Source of the DNA: Verrucomicrobiota bacterium | Lineage (GTDB): Bacteria; Verrucomicrobiota; Lentisphaeria; Lentisphaerales; Lentisphaeraceae | DNA length: 47,119 nucleotides | Direction of reading: 5' to 3' | NCBI GenBank assembly: GCA_039798785.1 | Contig: JBDKFG010000041.1 | Location: 1 to 47,119, forward strand | In this document: positions 1 through 9,419 of the stretch, in pieces | Numbering within the stretch: the stretch's first letter is position 1 | Layout of the letters: every line of letters begins with the position of its first letter | Made by a program: the position numbers and the translations under genes | The notes under the pieces: generated by a model | Seen by the model: only the letters and a program-made list of their open reading frames with translations | Database searches by the model: none | What the model was told of the DNA's origin: nothing

Positions 1-74
1 CGGCATCACCCCCGCCTGTTCCCAGACGCTGAGCTCATGATTTTTCTGTAAATAACTACAGGAGAACGTGGAGA

Positions 75-225
75 CTTAAAAACGGCGGGGGAAGTTCAGT
101 CTAATCATCTTCGCCAATCTTGATAGAGGCTCTTAAATTCGTCGTTTGTTGCTGTTGTTCATGTGCTTGTGTTCGAACGTTTCAGCCTTTCAACCTGGCT
201 CCATTCCTCTGTTGCGGTTTTTAGG
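75..225. repeat. Dispersed intergenic element copy (octamer/CCTAAAAACCGCA family)
   Basis: 213-225 is the exact reverse complement of CCTAAAAACCGCA, also found at 9317-9329 and 32934-32946. On the minus strand it is followed by GAATGGAGCCAGGTTGAAAGGCTGAAA...CAAGCACAT, closely matching 20030-20075. CTTAAAAACGGC at 75-86 is an imperfect opposite terminus. Confidence 0.6.
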
Positions 226-246
226 CTGAGCCTCGCCCAAACACAG

Positions 247-283
247 AAAACGCCGCCGCGACAGGATCGCGGCGGCGTTGTTT
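247..283. terminator. Intrinsic terminator downstream of the DUF4340 gene
   Basis: 13-bp perfect stem AACGCCGCCGCGA/TCGCGGCGGCGTT (249-279) with a 5-nt loop and A/T-rich flanks, just past the stop at 299. Confidence 0.8.
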
Positions 284-298
284 CCGTTCGTCCCTAGA

Positions 299-1750
299 TC
301 AGGGCGCCGGGTCGGGCGCCGGAGCGCCGGGGAGAGACGGCAGCTTCAAGGCGCCCGGGACCGTCACCGGCGGCTTCGCCTTGCACAGCTTCTCCAGCTT
401 CGGCCGGACGCTTTCGAAGGCGTCGCCGGGGATGACGTAGTACCAATCGGCGAAACGGCGGTTCTGCGCTTCGGCCTTCTCCTTGGCTTCCTTGACGTCG
501 CGTTCCCAGATCGCCTTGGCGTTCTTGGCGGTCTCCCAGGCGGAGAAGGCGCTGTCGTAAGCCGTCTTCTCTTCGGGCTTGGCGCCTTCCGCAAGTTTCT
601 TCGGTTCTTCCGGCACGGCAGGCGCCGGGAAGAGGCTTTCGTTGAAGGCGCAGTTGACGAAGAGATAGCGGTTGGCCGCGCCTTGGGGCTTGCCCTCCTG
701 GCTCTTGTCCTTGGCCAGGGCGCTGGTGCTGCCGGCGTCGGAGGGATCGCCGTAGAAGACCGCGCCGAAACGCAGGGTGTAGGTGACGCCTTTGTCGGTG
801 GCGACGGTGAATTCGCCTTCGTTCGACTTCAAGCCTTGTTCGGTGACATAGAAGCCGCGGGCTTGCAGGTCGAGCGCCTCTTCCGGGCTGAGGCCGCCTT
901 TTTCACCTTTCAGGATGGCGGCGAGCTTGGCCGGCTTGGGCCGGACGCTGACCAGCCGGAGCTGGCTCAGGGCTTGGCCGAGCGAGTCGACCGCGGCGCC
1001 GTCCAGCTCCAGGCCTTCGGGGGCGCTGAGGCCCGCGGCGAGCTTCCAGGACTGATCCTGCTTCTCGAGGCGGTAGCCGCCTTTCGACCGGATTGCGCCC
1101 GAGTCGACCGAATAGTCGTTCAGCTCGATCGCCTTCAGGTCTCCCTGGCCGATCTTCAGCAGATCGGTGTCGACCCAGTCGCCGAAGTGGGTGGAGACCT
1201 GGGCATCGGTCTTCACCGCGTAGGTCTTCGACTCGCCGGTGACGCGGACATAACGCCAGCCCGGGCGGTTCTCGACTTCCTTGCCGAAGATGTAGCTGGC
1301 CAGGACGCTGCCCCGTCCGTCCTTGAGGGTGAACTGGATGCCGCGGCCGCTGATCGTCTTGGCGTCGAGGTCGGCGGGATCGATGACGCCGAGCTCGGCG
1401 AAGTCGCCGGGGCGGTCGGAGCGGATTTCATTTTTGACCAGTCCGACCACTTGCGAGGCGGCGGTCTTCAGGCGCTCCTTGGCGTCGGCGGGATAGCCGT
1501 AGTGGCTGGGGAGGGTCCAGCGTCCGTCCTTCAGCTCGACCTTGAAGGTCTTGAACTGGCCGCTCTTCTCGTCGAAGCTGATCACTTCCAGGCTGGACGC
1601 GGAGGTCGGGTCGTTGAAGCCGGCGAAGAAGGGCTGACCGAGATCGGAGAAGGCGGCGGCCTGTCCCTGGGAGGGGTTGAGGAGGACGGCCGCGGCGAGG
1701 GCGCCGCCGGCGAGGGCGGCGAAACACAGGGTCTTGAGGGATTCGCTCAT
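299..1750 (-). CDS. DUF4340 domain-containing protein (accessory to Gld-type ABC system)
   Basis: N-terminal signal/TM segment. Motifs W-x-LPSHYGYPAD and YVR...W...DLL are typical of DUF4340 proteins. Lies immediately downstream of the GldG-like gene. Confidence 0.75.
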   Translation of the reverse strand: MSESLKTLCFAALAGGALAAAVLLNPSQGQAAAFSDLGQPFFAGFNDPTSASSLEVISFDEKSGQFKTFKVELKDGRWTLPSHYGYPADAKERLKTAASQVVGLVKNEIRSDRPGDFAELGVIDPADLDAKTISGRGIQFTLKDGRGSVLASYIFGKEVENRPGWRYVRVTGESKTYAVKTDAQVSTHFGDWVDTDLLKIGQGDLKAIELNDYSVDSGAIRSKGGYRLEKQDQSWKLAAGLSAPEGLELDGAAVDSLGQALSQLRLVSVRPKPAKLAAILKGEKGGLSPEEALDLQARGFYVTEQGLKSNEGEFTVATDKGVTYTLRFGAVFYGDPSDAGSTSALAKDKSQEGKPQGAANRYLFVNCAFNESLFPAPAVPEEPKKLAEGAKPEEKTAYDSAFSAWETAKNAKAIWERDVKEAKEKAEAQNRRFADWYYVIPGDAFESVRPKLEKLCKAKPPVTVPGALKLPSLPGAPAPDPAP

Positions 1751-1751
1751 G

Positions 1752-4412
1752 TCAGTTGACTCCGCGAAGACGGTTGGCAGGGGCGCCGCTCGATTCGCGG
1801 CGGCGGCGGGAGATGAGAATGATCAGGCCGATCAGCACCGGCAGGAGGGGGGGCAGCGCGGCCGCGGCGATGCGGACCGCGTTGCGGCGCTCCTCCATCA
1901 CCGTCTCGACGTCGGCGCGGGCCTTTTCGATCCGGGCCGAGGCGGCCATTTCGATGTCGACGCGGCGCATCTCCAGGAGGCGCTGCTGGTAGGCCTGGGT
2001 CTGCTCCAGCTGCATCTGCTTCTCCTCGTCCTTCAGGTCCTTGCGGGTGCTCACCGCGGCGACCGCGTCGTCGAGCTGCTTCTGAGCTTCGGCGAGGGCC
2101 TTCAGGGTTTCGCCTTCGGATTCGATTCGGATGGCGTCGAGCGCTTTGTCCTGGTCCTTGCGGCGGGCTTCGAACCAGGCGAGGTGGCGCTGCTGCGGGC
2201 GCTTCTTGCGCAAGTCGAGGAAGGACTCGTCGCCGGCGAGGGCGTCGATGGCGTTGAAGAAGAAGGCGAAGTTGTCGAAATCGAGCTCCTTCGACTGGGC
2301 CCGGAGCTGGAAGATCTCGTCGGTGATGAAGTCGAAGTCGGCGACGACGACGCAGTCGACGGCCTTGCCCTGGTCACCTGGGCCGCTGAGGCGGGCGGCG
2401 AGGCAGGGGGGCTCGGAGGTGGCGGCGCGGCGCACCGGCTCGCCCGGCTGCTTCATCCGGGGCTGGCCGAACATCGCGCCTTCCATCAGCTCGCCGCAGG
2501 GGGTCAGGGTGGTGACGCCGCCGCCCGCCTGGAGCAGGGGCTCGAACTTCAGCTTGGAGCCCTCGGCCGCCTTCAGGCTGCCGGGATAGATGAAGACGGC
2601 TTCCTGCAGGCCTGAGGTGATCTTCGGCGTTGCGGCGAAGCTGTTGAAGTCCTCGCCATGGCCGAGGAAGACGAATTCCGGCGCCAGGCCTTTGGTCTGG
2701 GGGTGGGGGTTCCAGGTGTTGCCGGCGACGAGATCCTTGTGGGCGCTGATGCCGATCTTGCGGAAGAAGGCTTCGATGTCGCCTTTCGGCGCCGGCGGCT
2801 GGCCGCGGGGGTCGGGCATGTCGGCCATGAAGGGCGACAGCCTCATCTGGAGGAGGCTGAGCGGGTCCTGCAGGAGGAGGCTGCGTCCGCCGCCGAGGAT
2901 GTGGCTGGCGAGGCGGTCGAGCTCGGCCTGGCCGAGGCTGGAGGGCTGGACCACGAGAAGCACCTCGAGATCGGCCGGATAGGGGGCGGCGGGGTCGACT
3001 TCCAGCACCTGGTATTGCTTCTCAAGCTCGGTGGCCATCTGCCAGGCGGGGCTGCTCTGGAAGGTCTGGTAGTTCATGCCGCCGCGGATGTTCGCCTCGG
3101 TGCGGAGCAGGCCGAGCTTCTTGCGCTCGATCGCCGAGGCGGTGCGGATCGAGTGGGCCAGCTCATACTCGAGCGGCAGGGCCGGGCCGATGAAGGGGAT
3201 CACCCGCTGCTGCGCCCCGGAGGAGACCGCCAGGCCGAGGAAGACCGGAGTGACGTTCACCGCGCCGCTGCTGGCGTCGCGGATCTGCCGGGCCTCGATG
3301 CCGAAGCGGTCCTTCGCCTCCTTCGCCGCCGCGGTGTTGACCTCGGTCTCGACGATGCGCACCTGCACCTTGCCCTGGCTCAGCGCCTGCATCTCGCGCA
3401 GGGTCGAAAGGAGCTGCTCGCGCACCGGCGCGACCATTCCCGGCACCTTGGGCGAAACGAAGGCCTCGACCAGCACCGGCCGCTTCAGGTCGCCCAGGAG
3501 GCCGCGGGTGACCGGCGACAGGGAGTGGATCTTCTCGGAGCTCAGGTCGAGGCGGGCGGGGAACTTGCGCAGCACCGCGCCGAAGGCGGCAAGGGTGAGG
3601 AAAAGCAGGGCGACGCGCAGGGCGTAATGCAGGCCGAGGCCGGCGGAGGCGGCATTGCCCTTGGCCCAGTGGCGGCGGGCCAGGAGGATGCGGGCGACGT
3701 AGAGCATCAGGGCGGCGCAGCCGAGGAAGCCGAGCAGGGCCTTCAGCGACAGGACGCCGGAGCTGACTTCCTGGAAAAGCGGCGTCAGGCCGGAATCGCG
3801 GCCGAAGCCGCTGCGGTCGAGGAAGGCCGCCAGCGCCGTGGTCGATCCGGCGGCGTTGGCGAGATAGCCGGTGCTCAGCAGGGCGCCGTTGATGGCGACC
3901 CCGAGGATGAAGGCGACGGTGGCGTTGCTGCTCAGGATCGAGGCGACCAGGCCGGCCGCGATCATCGCCGCGCCGAGCAGGAAATAGCCGAGGAAGCTGG
4001 CGAAGATCAGTCCCGGATCAGGACTGCCGACGAAGCCGAGAACCGGCAGGATCAAGGCGGCGCAAAGCAGCGCGACGCCGAGGGTGGCGAGCAGGCCGAG
4101 GTATTTGCCGAGGACGACATCGCCGTCGCGGGCCGGCAGGGTGAGCAGGTATTCCTCCGTCCCCTGGCGCTTCTCTTCCGCCCAGGCGTGCATGGTCAGC
4201 ACCGGAACGAAGAAGAGCAGCAGCATCGGCATGGCGCGGTTCAGCGGCGCCAGGTCGGCGATGTTGTCGAGGAAGAAGCGCCCGTCACCCCAGAACTGCG
4301 CCAAGGCGCAGGCCACGGTGAAGAGGGTGGTGAAGACATAGGCCGCCGGACTGGTGAAGAAGGCGCCCACCTGGCGGCGAAAGAGGGCGGCGATGACGCG
4401 GGTTTGGGACAT
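1752..4412 (-). CDS. ABC-2 permease (GldF-like) fused to GldG-family ABC auxiliary domain
   Basis: N-terminal part has FFTSPAAYV, TMHAWAEEKRQGTEEYLLTLP and VLGKY (GldF-like). C-terminal part has RLDLSSEKIHSLS, LEYEL and NFAFFFNAIDAL (GldG-like), plus a coiled coil and a final TM. Confidence 0.85.
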   Translation of the reverse strand: MSQTRVIAALFRRQVGAFFTSPAAYVFTTLFTVACALAQFWGDGRFFLDNIADLAPLNRAMPMLLLFFVPVLTMHAWAEEKRQGTEEYLLTLPARDGDVVLGKYLGLLATLGVALLCAALILPVLGFVGSPDPGLIFASFLGYFLLGAAMIAAGLVASILSSNATVAFILGVAINGALLSTGYLANAAGSTTALAAFLDRSGFGRDSGLTPLFQEVSSGVLSLKALLGFLGCAALMLYVARILLARRHWAKGNAASAGLGLHYALRVALLFLTLAAFGAVLRKFPARLDLSSEKIHSLSPVTRGLLGDLKRPVLVEAFVSPKVPGMVAPVREQLLSTLREMQALSQGKVQVRIVETEVNTAAAKEAKDRFGIEARQIRDASSGAVNVTPVFLGLAVSSGAQQRVIPFIGPALPLEYELAHSIRTASAIERKKLGLLRTEANIRGGMNYQTFQSSPAWQMATELEKQYQVLEVDPAAPYPADLEVLLVVQPSSLGQAELDRLASHILGGGRSLLLQDPLSLLQMRLSPFMADMPDPRGQPPAPKGDIEAFFRKIGISAHKDLVAGNTWNPHPQTKGLAPEFVFLGHGEDFNSFAATPKITSGLQEAVFIYPGSLKAAEGSKLKFEPLLQAGGGVTTLTPCGELMEGAMFGQPRMKQPGEPVRRAATSEPPCLAARLSGPGDQGKAVDCVVVADFDFITDEIFQLRAQSKELDFDNFAFFFNAIDALAGDESFLDLRKKRPQQRHLAWFEARRKDQDKALDAIRIESEGETLKALAEAQKQLDDAVAAVSTRKDLKDEEKQMQLEQTQAYQQRLLEMRRVDIEMAASARIEKARADVETVMEERRNAVRIAAAALPPLLPVLIGLIILISRRRRESSGAPANRLRGVN

Positions 4413-4422
4413 TTTTGAGAAC

Positions 4423-4503
4423 TCAGTTTAAGAAGTTTGAGAGTTTGAGGAGTTCAGCAGCGAGAAGATCGGTCTGATCGGTCGGATCGTTCCGATCTGT
4501 CTG
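4423..4503. repeat. Short degenerate 9-mer tandem arrays between ABC ATPase and permease genes
   Basis: AGTTTAAGA-AGTTTGAGA-GTTTGAGGA-GTTCAG, followed by GATCGGTCT-GATCGGTCG-GATCGTTCC-GATCTGTCT. Confidence 0.5.
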
Positions 4504-4521
4504 CTTCTGGATCCAATTCGT

Positions 4522-5241
4522 TTAGGCCTTGGCCGCCGTCAGCTGATGGAAGACCTCGTCGAGGTTCGGCCCCTTGGCCTTGAGCTCGGGCACCGAGCCG
4601 TCGAAGACGAGGCGTCCGGCGTTGACCAGGAGGACGCGGGAGGCCATCGCCTCGACTTCCTGGAGGATGTGGGTGGAGAGCAGGATGGTCTTGGTCTTGG
4701 CGAGGCGGGCGATGAGCTCGCGGACGCTGCGGATCTGGTTCGGATCGAGGCCGGAGGTCGGCTCGTCGAGGATCAGCACCTCGGGATCGTGGAGGAGGGC
4801 CTGGGCCATGCCGACGCGCTGGCGGAAGCCTTTCGACAGCTTGCCGCAGGGCTTGTGCAGGACTTCCTCGAGGTGGCAGGAGTCGACGACCCGGTCGATC
4901 GCTTCTTGCACCTGGTCGAGCCCGCGGATGTCGGCGGCGAAGCGCAGCGACTCCAGCGGCGTCATGTCGAGGTAGAGCGGGCCGTTTTCGGGCAGGTAGC
5001 CGAGGCGGCGGGCGCCGGCGATGCGGTCCTTCTGCATGTCGTGCCCGGCGATCCGGCTCGAACCCGCCGAGGGGGCGAGAAAGCCGGTGAGCAGTTTCAT
5101 CGTCGTCGACTTGCCGGCGCCGTTGGGGCCGAGGAAGGCCGCCACCTCGCCGCGCGGGATGCTGAAGCTGATCTGCTCCACCGCCGTGAAGTGGCCGTAG
5201 TATTTGCTGAGCCCTTCGGCTCGGATCATTTCTTCACTCAT
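4522..5241 (-). CDS. ABC transporter ATP-binding protein (GldA-like)
   Basis: Walker A GPNGAGKST, signature LSKGFRQRVG, Walker B LILDEPTSGLDP, H-loop STH. Confidence 0.95.
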   Translation of the reverse strand: MSEEMIRAEGLSKYYGHFTAVEQISFSIPRGEVAAFLGPNGAGKSTTMKLLTGFLAPSAGSSRIAGHDMQKDRIAGARRLGYLPENGPLYLDMTPLESLRFAADIRGLDQVQEAIDRVVDSCHLEEVLHKPCGKLSKGFRQRVGMAQALLHDPEVLILDEPTSGLDPNQIRSVRELIARLAKTKTILLSTHILQEVEAMASRVLLVNAGRLVFDGSVPELKAKGPNLDEVFHQLTAAKA

Positions 5242-5501
5242 GTTCTTCTGTGCTCCTGTTGGGAAATGCGCGGACGCAGTTTACCCGGGCTCGTCCAGTC
5301 CGGCAAACCCGCGTCCAAAGGATGAAGACGAATCATCTCGAAACTTGTTGCATCGGCAAAAGCGGATTTTTCCCCGCCCGATTCCCAAGTTTCCCCCAAC
5401 TCGTAAGGGCCGGGAATGAAAAAAGATTTGGCAATCGGGGGCAAGACGGAGTATGATGGGGAGGTCGACTTGTGAAATGAACCCTAATGGAGACTTGAAT
5501 C

Positions 5502-7757
5502 ATGATGCTGAACATGACAACACTCAGTTCGTTGCCCCCGCTTCTGGCTCAATCGAGCGTAGGGTCAGATCTGCTGAAGCTCTTCGGTATAGTCGTTGTC
5601 GTCGGCTTGGGCGGTCTTTTTGTTCTATGGTTCGTTTACTCCTTGGTTTTCGGCTATCGCAAGGTGCAGCAAGGCTCGGTGATCATCCGCACCGGTCGCG
5701 GTGGCTCAGTGGTGAGCTTTGACGGCATTTCCATCACCCCTCTGATGCACCGCATGGAAGTGATGGACATCTCGGTCAAACGCGTCGAGATCGCCCGTCA
5801 CGGCGCCAGCGGCCTGATTTGTAAAGACAACATCCGCGCCGACATCAAGGTCGCCTTCTTCGTCCGCGTCAACAACGACAAAGCCGACGTCCTCAAGGTC
5901 GCCAGCATGATCGGGGTCGAACGCGCCTCCGACCCGCAGGCCCTGATGCATCTCTTCGAAGCCAAGTTCTCCGAAGCCTTGAAGACCGCCGGCAAGGCCT
6001 TCGACTTCGAAGACCTCTACACCAAGCGCGCCGAGTTCAAGCAGATGATCATCTCCCTGATCGGCACCGACCTGAACGGCTACCACCTCGAAGACGCCGC
6101 CATCGACGAACTCGAACAGACCCCCAAGAACCTGCACAATCCCGACAACGTCCTCGACGTCCAGGGTCTCGACAAGATCACCCGCATCACCCAGGAGCGG
6201 AAGATCACCATCAACGAGAAGGAACGCGAGCAGGAGAAGGCGATCACCCGCCAGAACGTCGACGCCCGCGAAAAAATCCTCGACATGGAGCGCGAACTCG
6301 CCAACGCCGAAGCCACCCAGCGCAAAGAGATCGAAAGCCTGCGCGCCCGCACCGAGGCCGAGACCTTCAAGGTCCAGCAGGAGGAGCGCCTCAAGGCCGA
6401 ACAGGCTCGCATCACCGCCGACGAGCAGCTTGCCGTCGCCGAAGAGAACAAGAAGCGCCAGGTGATCGTCGCCGAAAAGTCGAAAGAGAAGACCGAGGCG
6501 GTCGAGACCGAGCGTGTCGAGAAGGACCGCGCCCTCGAAGCCACCGAGCGCGAGCGCATCGTCACCCTCGCCCAGATCGAGCGCGACAAGCAGGTCGAGA
6601 TCGAACGCAAGGCGATCCAGGAAGTGATCCGCGAGCGGGTCAGCGTCGAGCGCACCGTCGCCGAGCAGGAAGAGAAGATCAAGGACACACGCGTCCTCGC
6701 CGAGCTCGAGCGCCGCAAGGCCGACGCCACCAAGACCGCCGAAGCCCAGGGCGACGCGGTCCTGATCAGCGAGACCCGCAAGGCCGAAGCGGTCAAGAAA
6801 TCCGCCGAGCTCCATGCCGACAAGGATTACACCGTCGCACTCAAACAGGCCGAAGCCGACAAGAAGCGGGCCGAGCTCTACGCCGAGAAGGCGTTGGTCG
6901 AAGCTGAAGCCGCGAAGAAGGCCAGCGCTCTGCACGCCGAAGGCGCCAAGTCGAAAGCCGAGGGCGATGCCGCCCTCCAGGCCGCCCCCGGCCTCGCGGA
7001 AGCTCGCGCCAAGTCCGCCCTTGCCGAAGCCTTCGAGAAACAAGGCAAGGCCGAAGCCAGCGTCCAGCTCGCCATGGCCGATTCCACCCTCAAGCAGGGC
7101 ACCGCCGAAGCCGATGTCAGCCGCCTCAAGGCGCAAGCCGAAGCCCAGGGCCGCCTCGCCAACGCCGAAGCCACCCAGAAGCAGGGCGCCGCCGAAGCCG
7201 AGGTCAGCCGCCTCAAATACGAAGCTGAAACCAAGTTCATCCACGACAAGGCCGAAGCGATGAAAAAGCTCGACGGCGTCGGTCGCGACCACGAAGAGTT
7301 CAAGCTCCGCCTCGCCAAGGAACAAGCGGTCGAACTGGCCCAGATCCAGGTCCAGGCCGACATCGCCGCGGCCCAATCCGAAGTCCTCAAGGCTGGCCTC
7401 GCCTCCGCCAAGATCGACATCGTCGGCGGCGACACGATCTTCTTCGACAAGCTCATGTCCTCGGTGGTCAAGGCCCGCGAAATCGACTCGCTCGTCGGCC
7501 GCTCGCAGGTCCTCACCCAGGTCAAGGACACCTTCTTCGACGGCCAGGGCGGCGGCGACTTCAAAGCCAACTTCCGCGCCTTCGTCGACAAGTTCGGGGT
7601 CAGCGCCGAGGAGCTCAAGACCCTCAGCGCCGCCCGCCTCCTCAACAAGCTCGGCAGCCAGGCCCAAGGCGCTGACAAGGACATGATCACCCAGGCGATC
7701 GCCGCCGTCCAGGCCCTCGGCCTCGGAGACAGCAAGGCCGCCGACCTGCTGAAGTAA
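5502..7757 (+). CDS. Flotillin/SPFH (YqiK-like) membrane protein
   Basis: N-terminal TM, then an SPFH domain (GLICKDNIRADIKVAFFVRVN, KFSEALKT) and a long Ala/Glu-rich coiled coil. Codon usage is strongly biased. Confidence 0.9.
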   Translation: MMLNMTTLSSLPPLLAQSSVGSDLLKLFGIVVVVGLGGLFVLWFVYSLVFGYRKVQQGSVIIRTGRGGSVVSFDGISITPLMHRMEVMDISVKRVEIARHGASGLICKDNIRADIKVAFFVRVNNDKADVLKVASMIGVERASDPQALMHLFEAKFSEALKTAGKAFDFEDLYTKRAEFKQMIISLIGTDLNGYHLEDAAIDELEQTPKNLHNPDNVLDVQGLDKITRITQERKITINEKEREQEKAITRQNVDAREKILDMERELANAEATQRKEIESLRARTEAETFKVQQEERLKAEQARITADEQLAVAEENKKRQVIVAEKSKEKTEAVETERVEKDRALEATERERIVTLAQIERDKQVEIERKAIQEVIRERVSVERTVAEQEEKIKDTRVLAELERRKADATKTAEAQGDAVLISETRKAEAVKKSAELHADKDYTVALKQAEADKKRAELYAEKALVEAEAAKKASALHAEGAKSKAEGDAALQAAPGLAEARAKSALAEAFEKQGKAEASVQLAMADSTLKQGTAEADVSRLKAQAEAQGRLANAEATQKQGAAEAEVSRLKYEAETKFIHDKAEAMKKLDGVGRDHEEFKLRLAKEQAVELAQIQVQADIAAAQSEVLKAGLASAKIDIVGGDTIFFDKLMSSVVKAREIDSLVGRSQVLTQVKDTFFDGQGGGDFKANFRAFVDKFGVSAEELKTLSAARLLNKLGSQAQGADKDMITQAIAAVQALGLGDSKAADLLK

Positions 7758-7769
7758 AGAGCGACTCGC

Positions 7770-7802
7770 AAACCGCCGGAGCTCAGCTCCGGCGGTTTTT
7801 TA
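7770..7802 (+). terminator. Intrinsic terminator after flotillin gene
   Basis: AAACCGCCGGAGC-loop-GCTCCGGCGGTTT stem followed by a T-run. Confidence 0.85.
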
Positions 7803-7835
7803 CACACCCGCTTGCCCCGACAGGAGAAGATGACC

Positions 7836-9299
7836 ATGAACCGCCGCCTCAACCGCCAGCTTCGTCACGCCCTTTCCTGGTCGCTCCTGGTCCTCGCGGC
7901 CGGTTGCAGCAAGGAGGAGACGGCCCAGCAAGACCCCTCGCCGGCCGCGGCTCCCCCGGTCGCGGCGGACCGAGCCTGTCCCATCGCGCCCAAGGCCGCG
8001 CCGGTCGCCATCGTCGCGCCCAAGGCCGATTTCGCGGCCGAACTGGCGGCCATCCTCGCTTCGAAACGCGATTGGAACAAGGACGCCAGCTACACCGACT
8101 TCAAGCCCGAGCATGTCGCCCTGCCGGAGTTCTGGCAGTGGGCGGAAAAACAGCTCAAATCGGCTCCTGATTATAAAAACCAAGCCCTGGTCGGCTTGAT
8201 CGCTCGGCAGCCCAAGGCCGCCTCCGCCGAGACTTTTCTTAAGAAGGCCCTCGATACCTCGCCCGGCGCCTGGACCCTGCCCAGCTGCCAGGACTACGCC
8301 GACAGATACGGATCGAAGAAGGATCTCTTCAAGGTCGCCTTCCAAGTCGCCGCCGGCCTCGACCTCGATGCCCTTTACCGCATCATCGGCCCGCAGGAGG
8401 TCTCCGCCGCCGACCTGCAATTCTACCAGAAGTCCGTCGCCCGGCTGATGCGCCAGACCTCGACTCTGGACCTCGAAAACGCCTTCATCAAATACCTGCA
8501 GACGAGCAAAAGCCCGCGCTATGCGGAATTGCACCGCCAGCTCCGCTACAAACGCTCCGAGACCTACACCGAGCTGCACCGGAACTGCGGCGGCGACGCA
8601 GCCTATTTCCTCTCCTGCCTTGACGCCAAGGATATCGATGACGGCAACAGCCCCCTCGGCCAGGCCTTGTACGCGATCAAGAGCGTCCCTCTCACCGAGG
8701 CTGTGGTTGATCGCTGCTCGCATGGGATGCCGAAATTGCTGAACAGCCCTTACGCATCCTACACCTCGCTGCTGGTCCGCGCTTATCTCCAGCAGCCCGC
8801 CGCTTCCGCCGCCGAGCTGGCCACCCGCAAGAAGCGGATCCTCGACTTCGCCCAGGCCTGCAACGCCGACTTCAAGGGCTATGCCGAAGCTCTCGATCTC
8901 GACAGCCTGCGCAACTTGAAAGAAGGCAGCAGCCCGCAAGCCAGCCTCGATGCGTCCACCGTCAAAATGCTCACCGAAGGATTCTTCGCCGTCCTCGCCA
9001 AGACCACCCCCAAATCACCTCTCGACGATCTTCTTCGCGTCTCAGGCAATGTCGAGATCAACCTGAAGGAATCCTGCCCGCAAGTCTCCATCGCCGCGGA
9101 ATTCAACCTCTTCCTCGCCCAGCATTACGCCAGCAAGGCGGAGCTGACGCGCATCATCCAGCAGATGACGGCCTTCGAAAAGACCGGCTGCGCCTGCTGG
9201 AAGGAGCATCGCGGCTACTTCGAGAAACTTGCCGCCGCCAGCCGCGACGCCGCGGTCAAATCCCTCGCCAAGAAGATCCTCGCCGAGAAGTGCCGCTGA
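7836..9299 (+). CDS. Hypothetical lipoprotein
   Basis: AGGAG RBS at 7822-7826. Basic N-terminus, hydrophobic stretch and lipobox LAAG-C, followed by a Pro/Ala linker and a helical body. Confidence 0.7.
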   Translation: MNRRLNRQLRHALSWSLLVLAAGCSKEETAQQDPSPAAAPPVAADRACPIAPKAAPVAIVAPKADFAAELAAILASKRDWNKDASYTDFKPEHVALPEFWQWAEKQLKSAPDYKNQALVGLIARQPKAASAETFLKKALDTSPGAWTLPSCQDYADRYGSKKDLFKVAFQVAAGLDLDALYRIIGPQEVSAADLQFYQKSVARLMRQTSTLDLENAFIKYLQTSKSPRYAELHRQLRYKRSETYTELHRNCGGDAAYFLSCLDAKDIDDGNSPLGQALYAIKSVPLTEAVVDRCSHGMPKLLNSPYASYTSLLVRAYLQQPAASAAELATRKKRILDFAQACNADFKGYAEALDLDSLRNLKEGSSPQASLDASTVKMLTEGFFAVLAKTTPKSPLDDLLRVSGNVEINLKESCPQVSIAAEFNLFLAQHYASKAELTRIIQQMTAFEKTGCACWKEHRGYFEKLAAASRDAAVKSLAKKILAEKCR

Positions 9300-9316
9300 A
9301 CTCTCCCATCTCTTAT

Positions 9317-9408
9317 CCTAAAAACCGCACTTGGAAGGTTGAAGGGTTGAATTAGCCTTTCAACCTTCCGACCTTTCCCGGTTCCATCCGCTACTGCGGA
9401 ATCTCAGG
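9317..9408. repeat. Dispersed intergenic inverted-repeat element copy
   Basis: Starts with CCTAAAAACCGCA. TTGGAAGGTTGAAGGGTTGA is inverted against TTAGCCTTTCAACCTTCCGA. The right end reads CCTGAGATTCCGCA...ATGGAACCGGG on the minus strand. Confidence 0.7.
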
Positions 9409-9419
9409 CTTATGCATCC

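Noticed and set aside
278..4418. Long + strand ORFs (278-1759, 1677-2615, 2658-4418), and similar antisense ORFs at 5706-7667, 13794-15446, 20263-22407, 30345-31880 and 43745-45199
   Set aside because: Shadow ORFs opposite well-supported genes. They are expected from GC-rich codon bias and carry no recognisable motifs.
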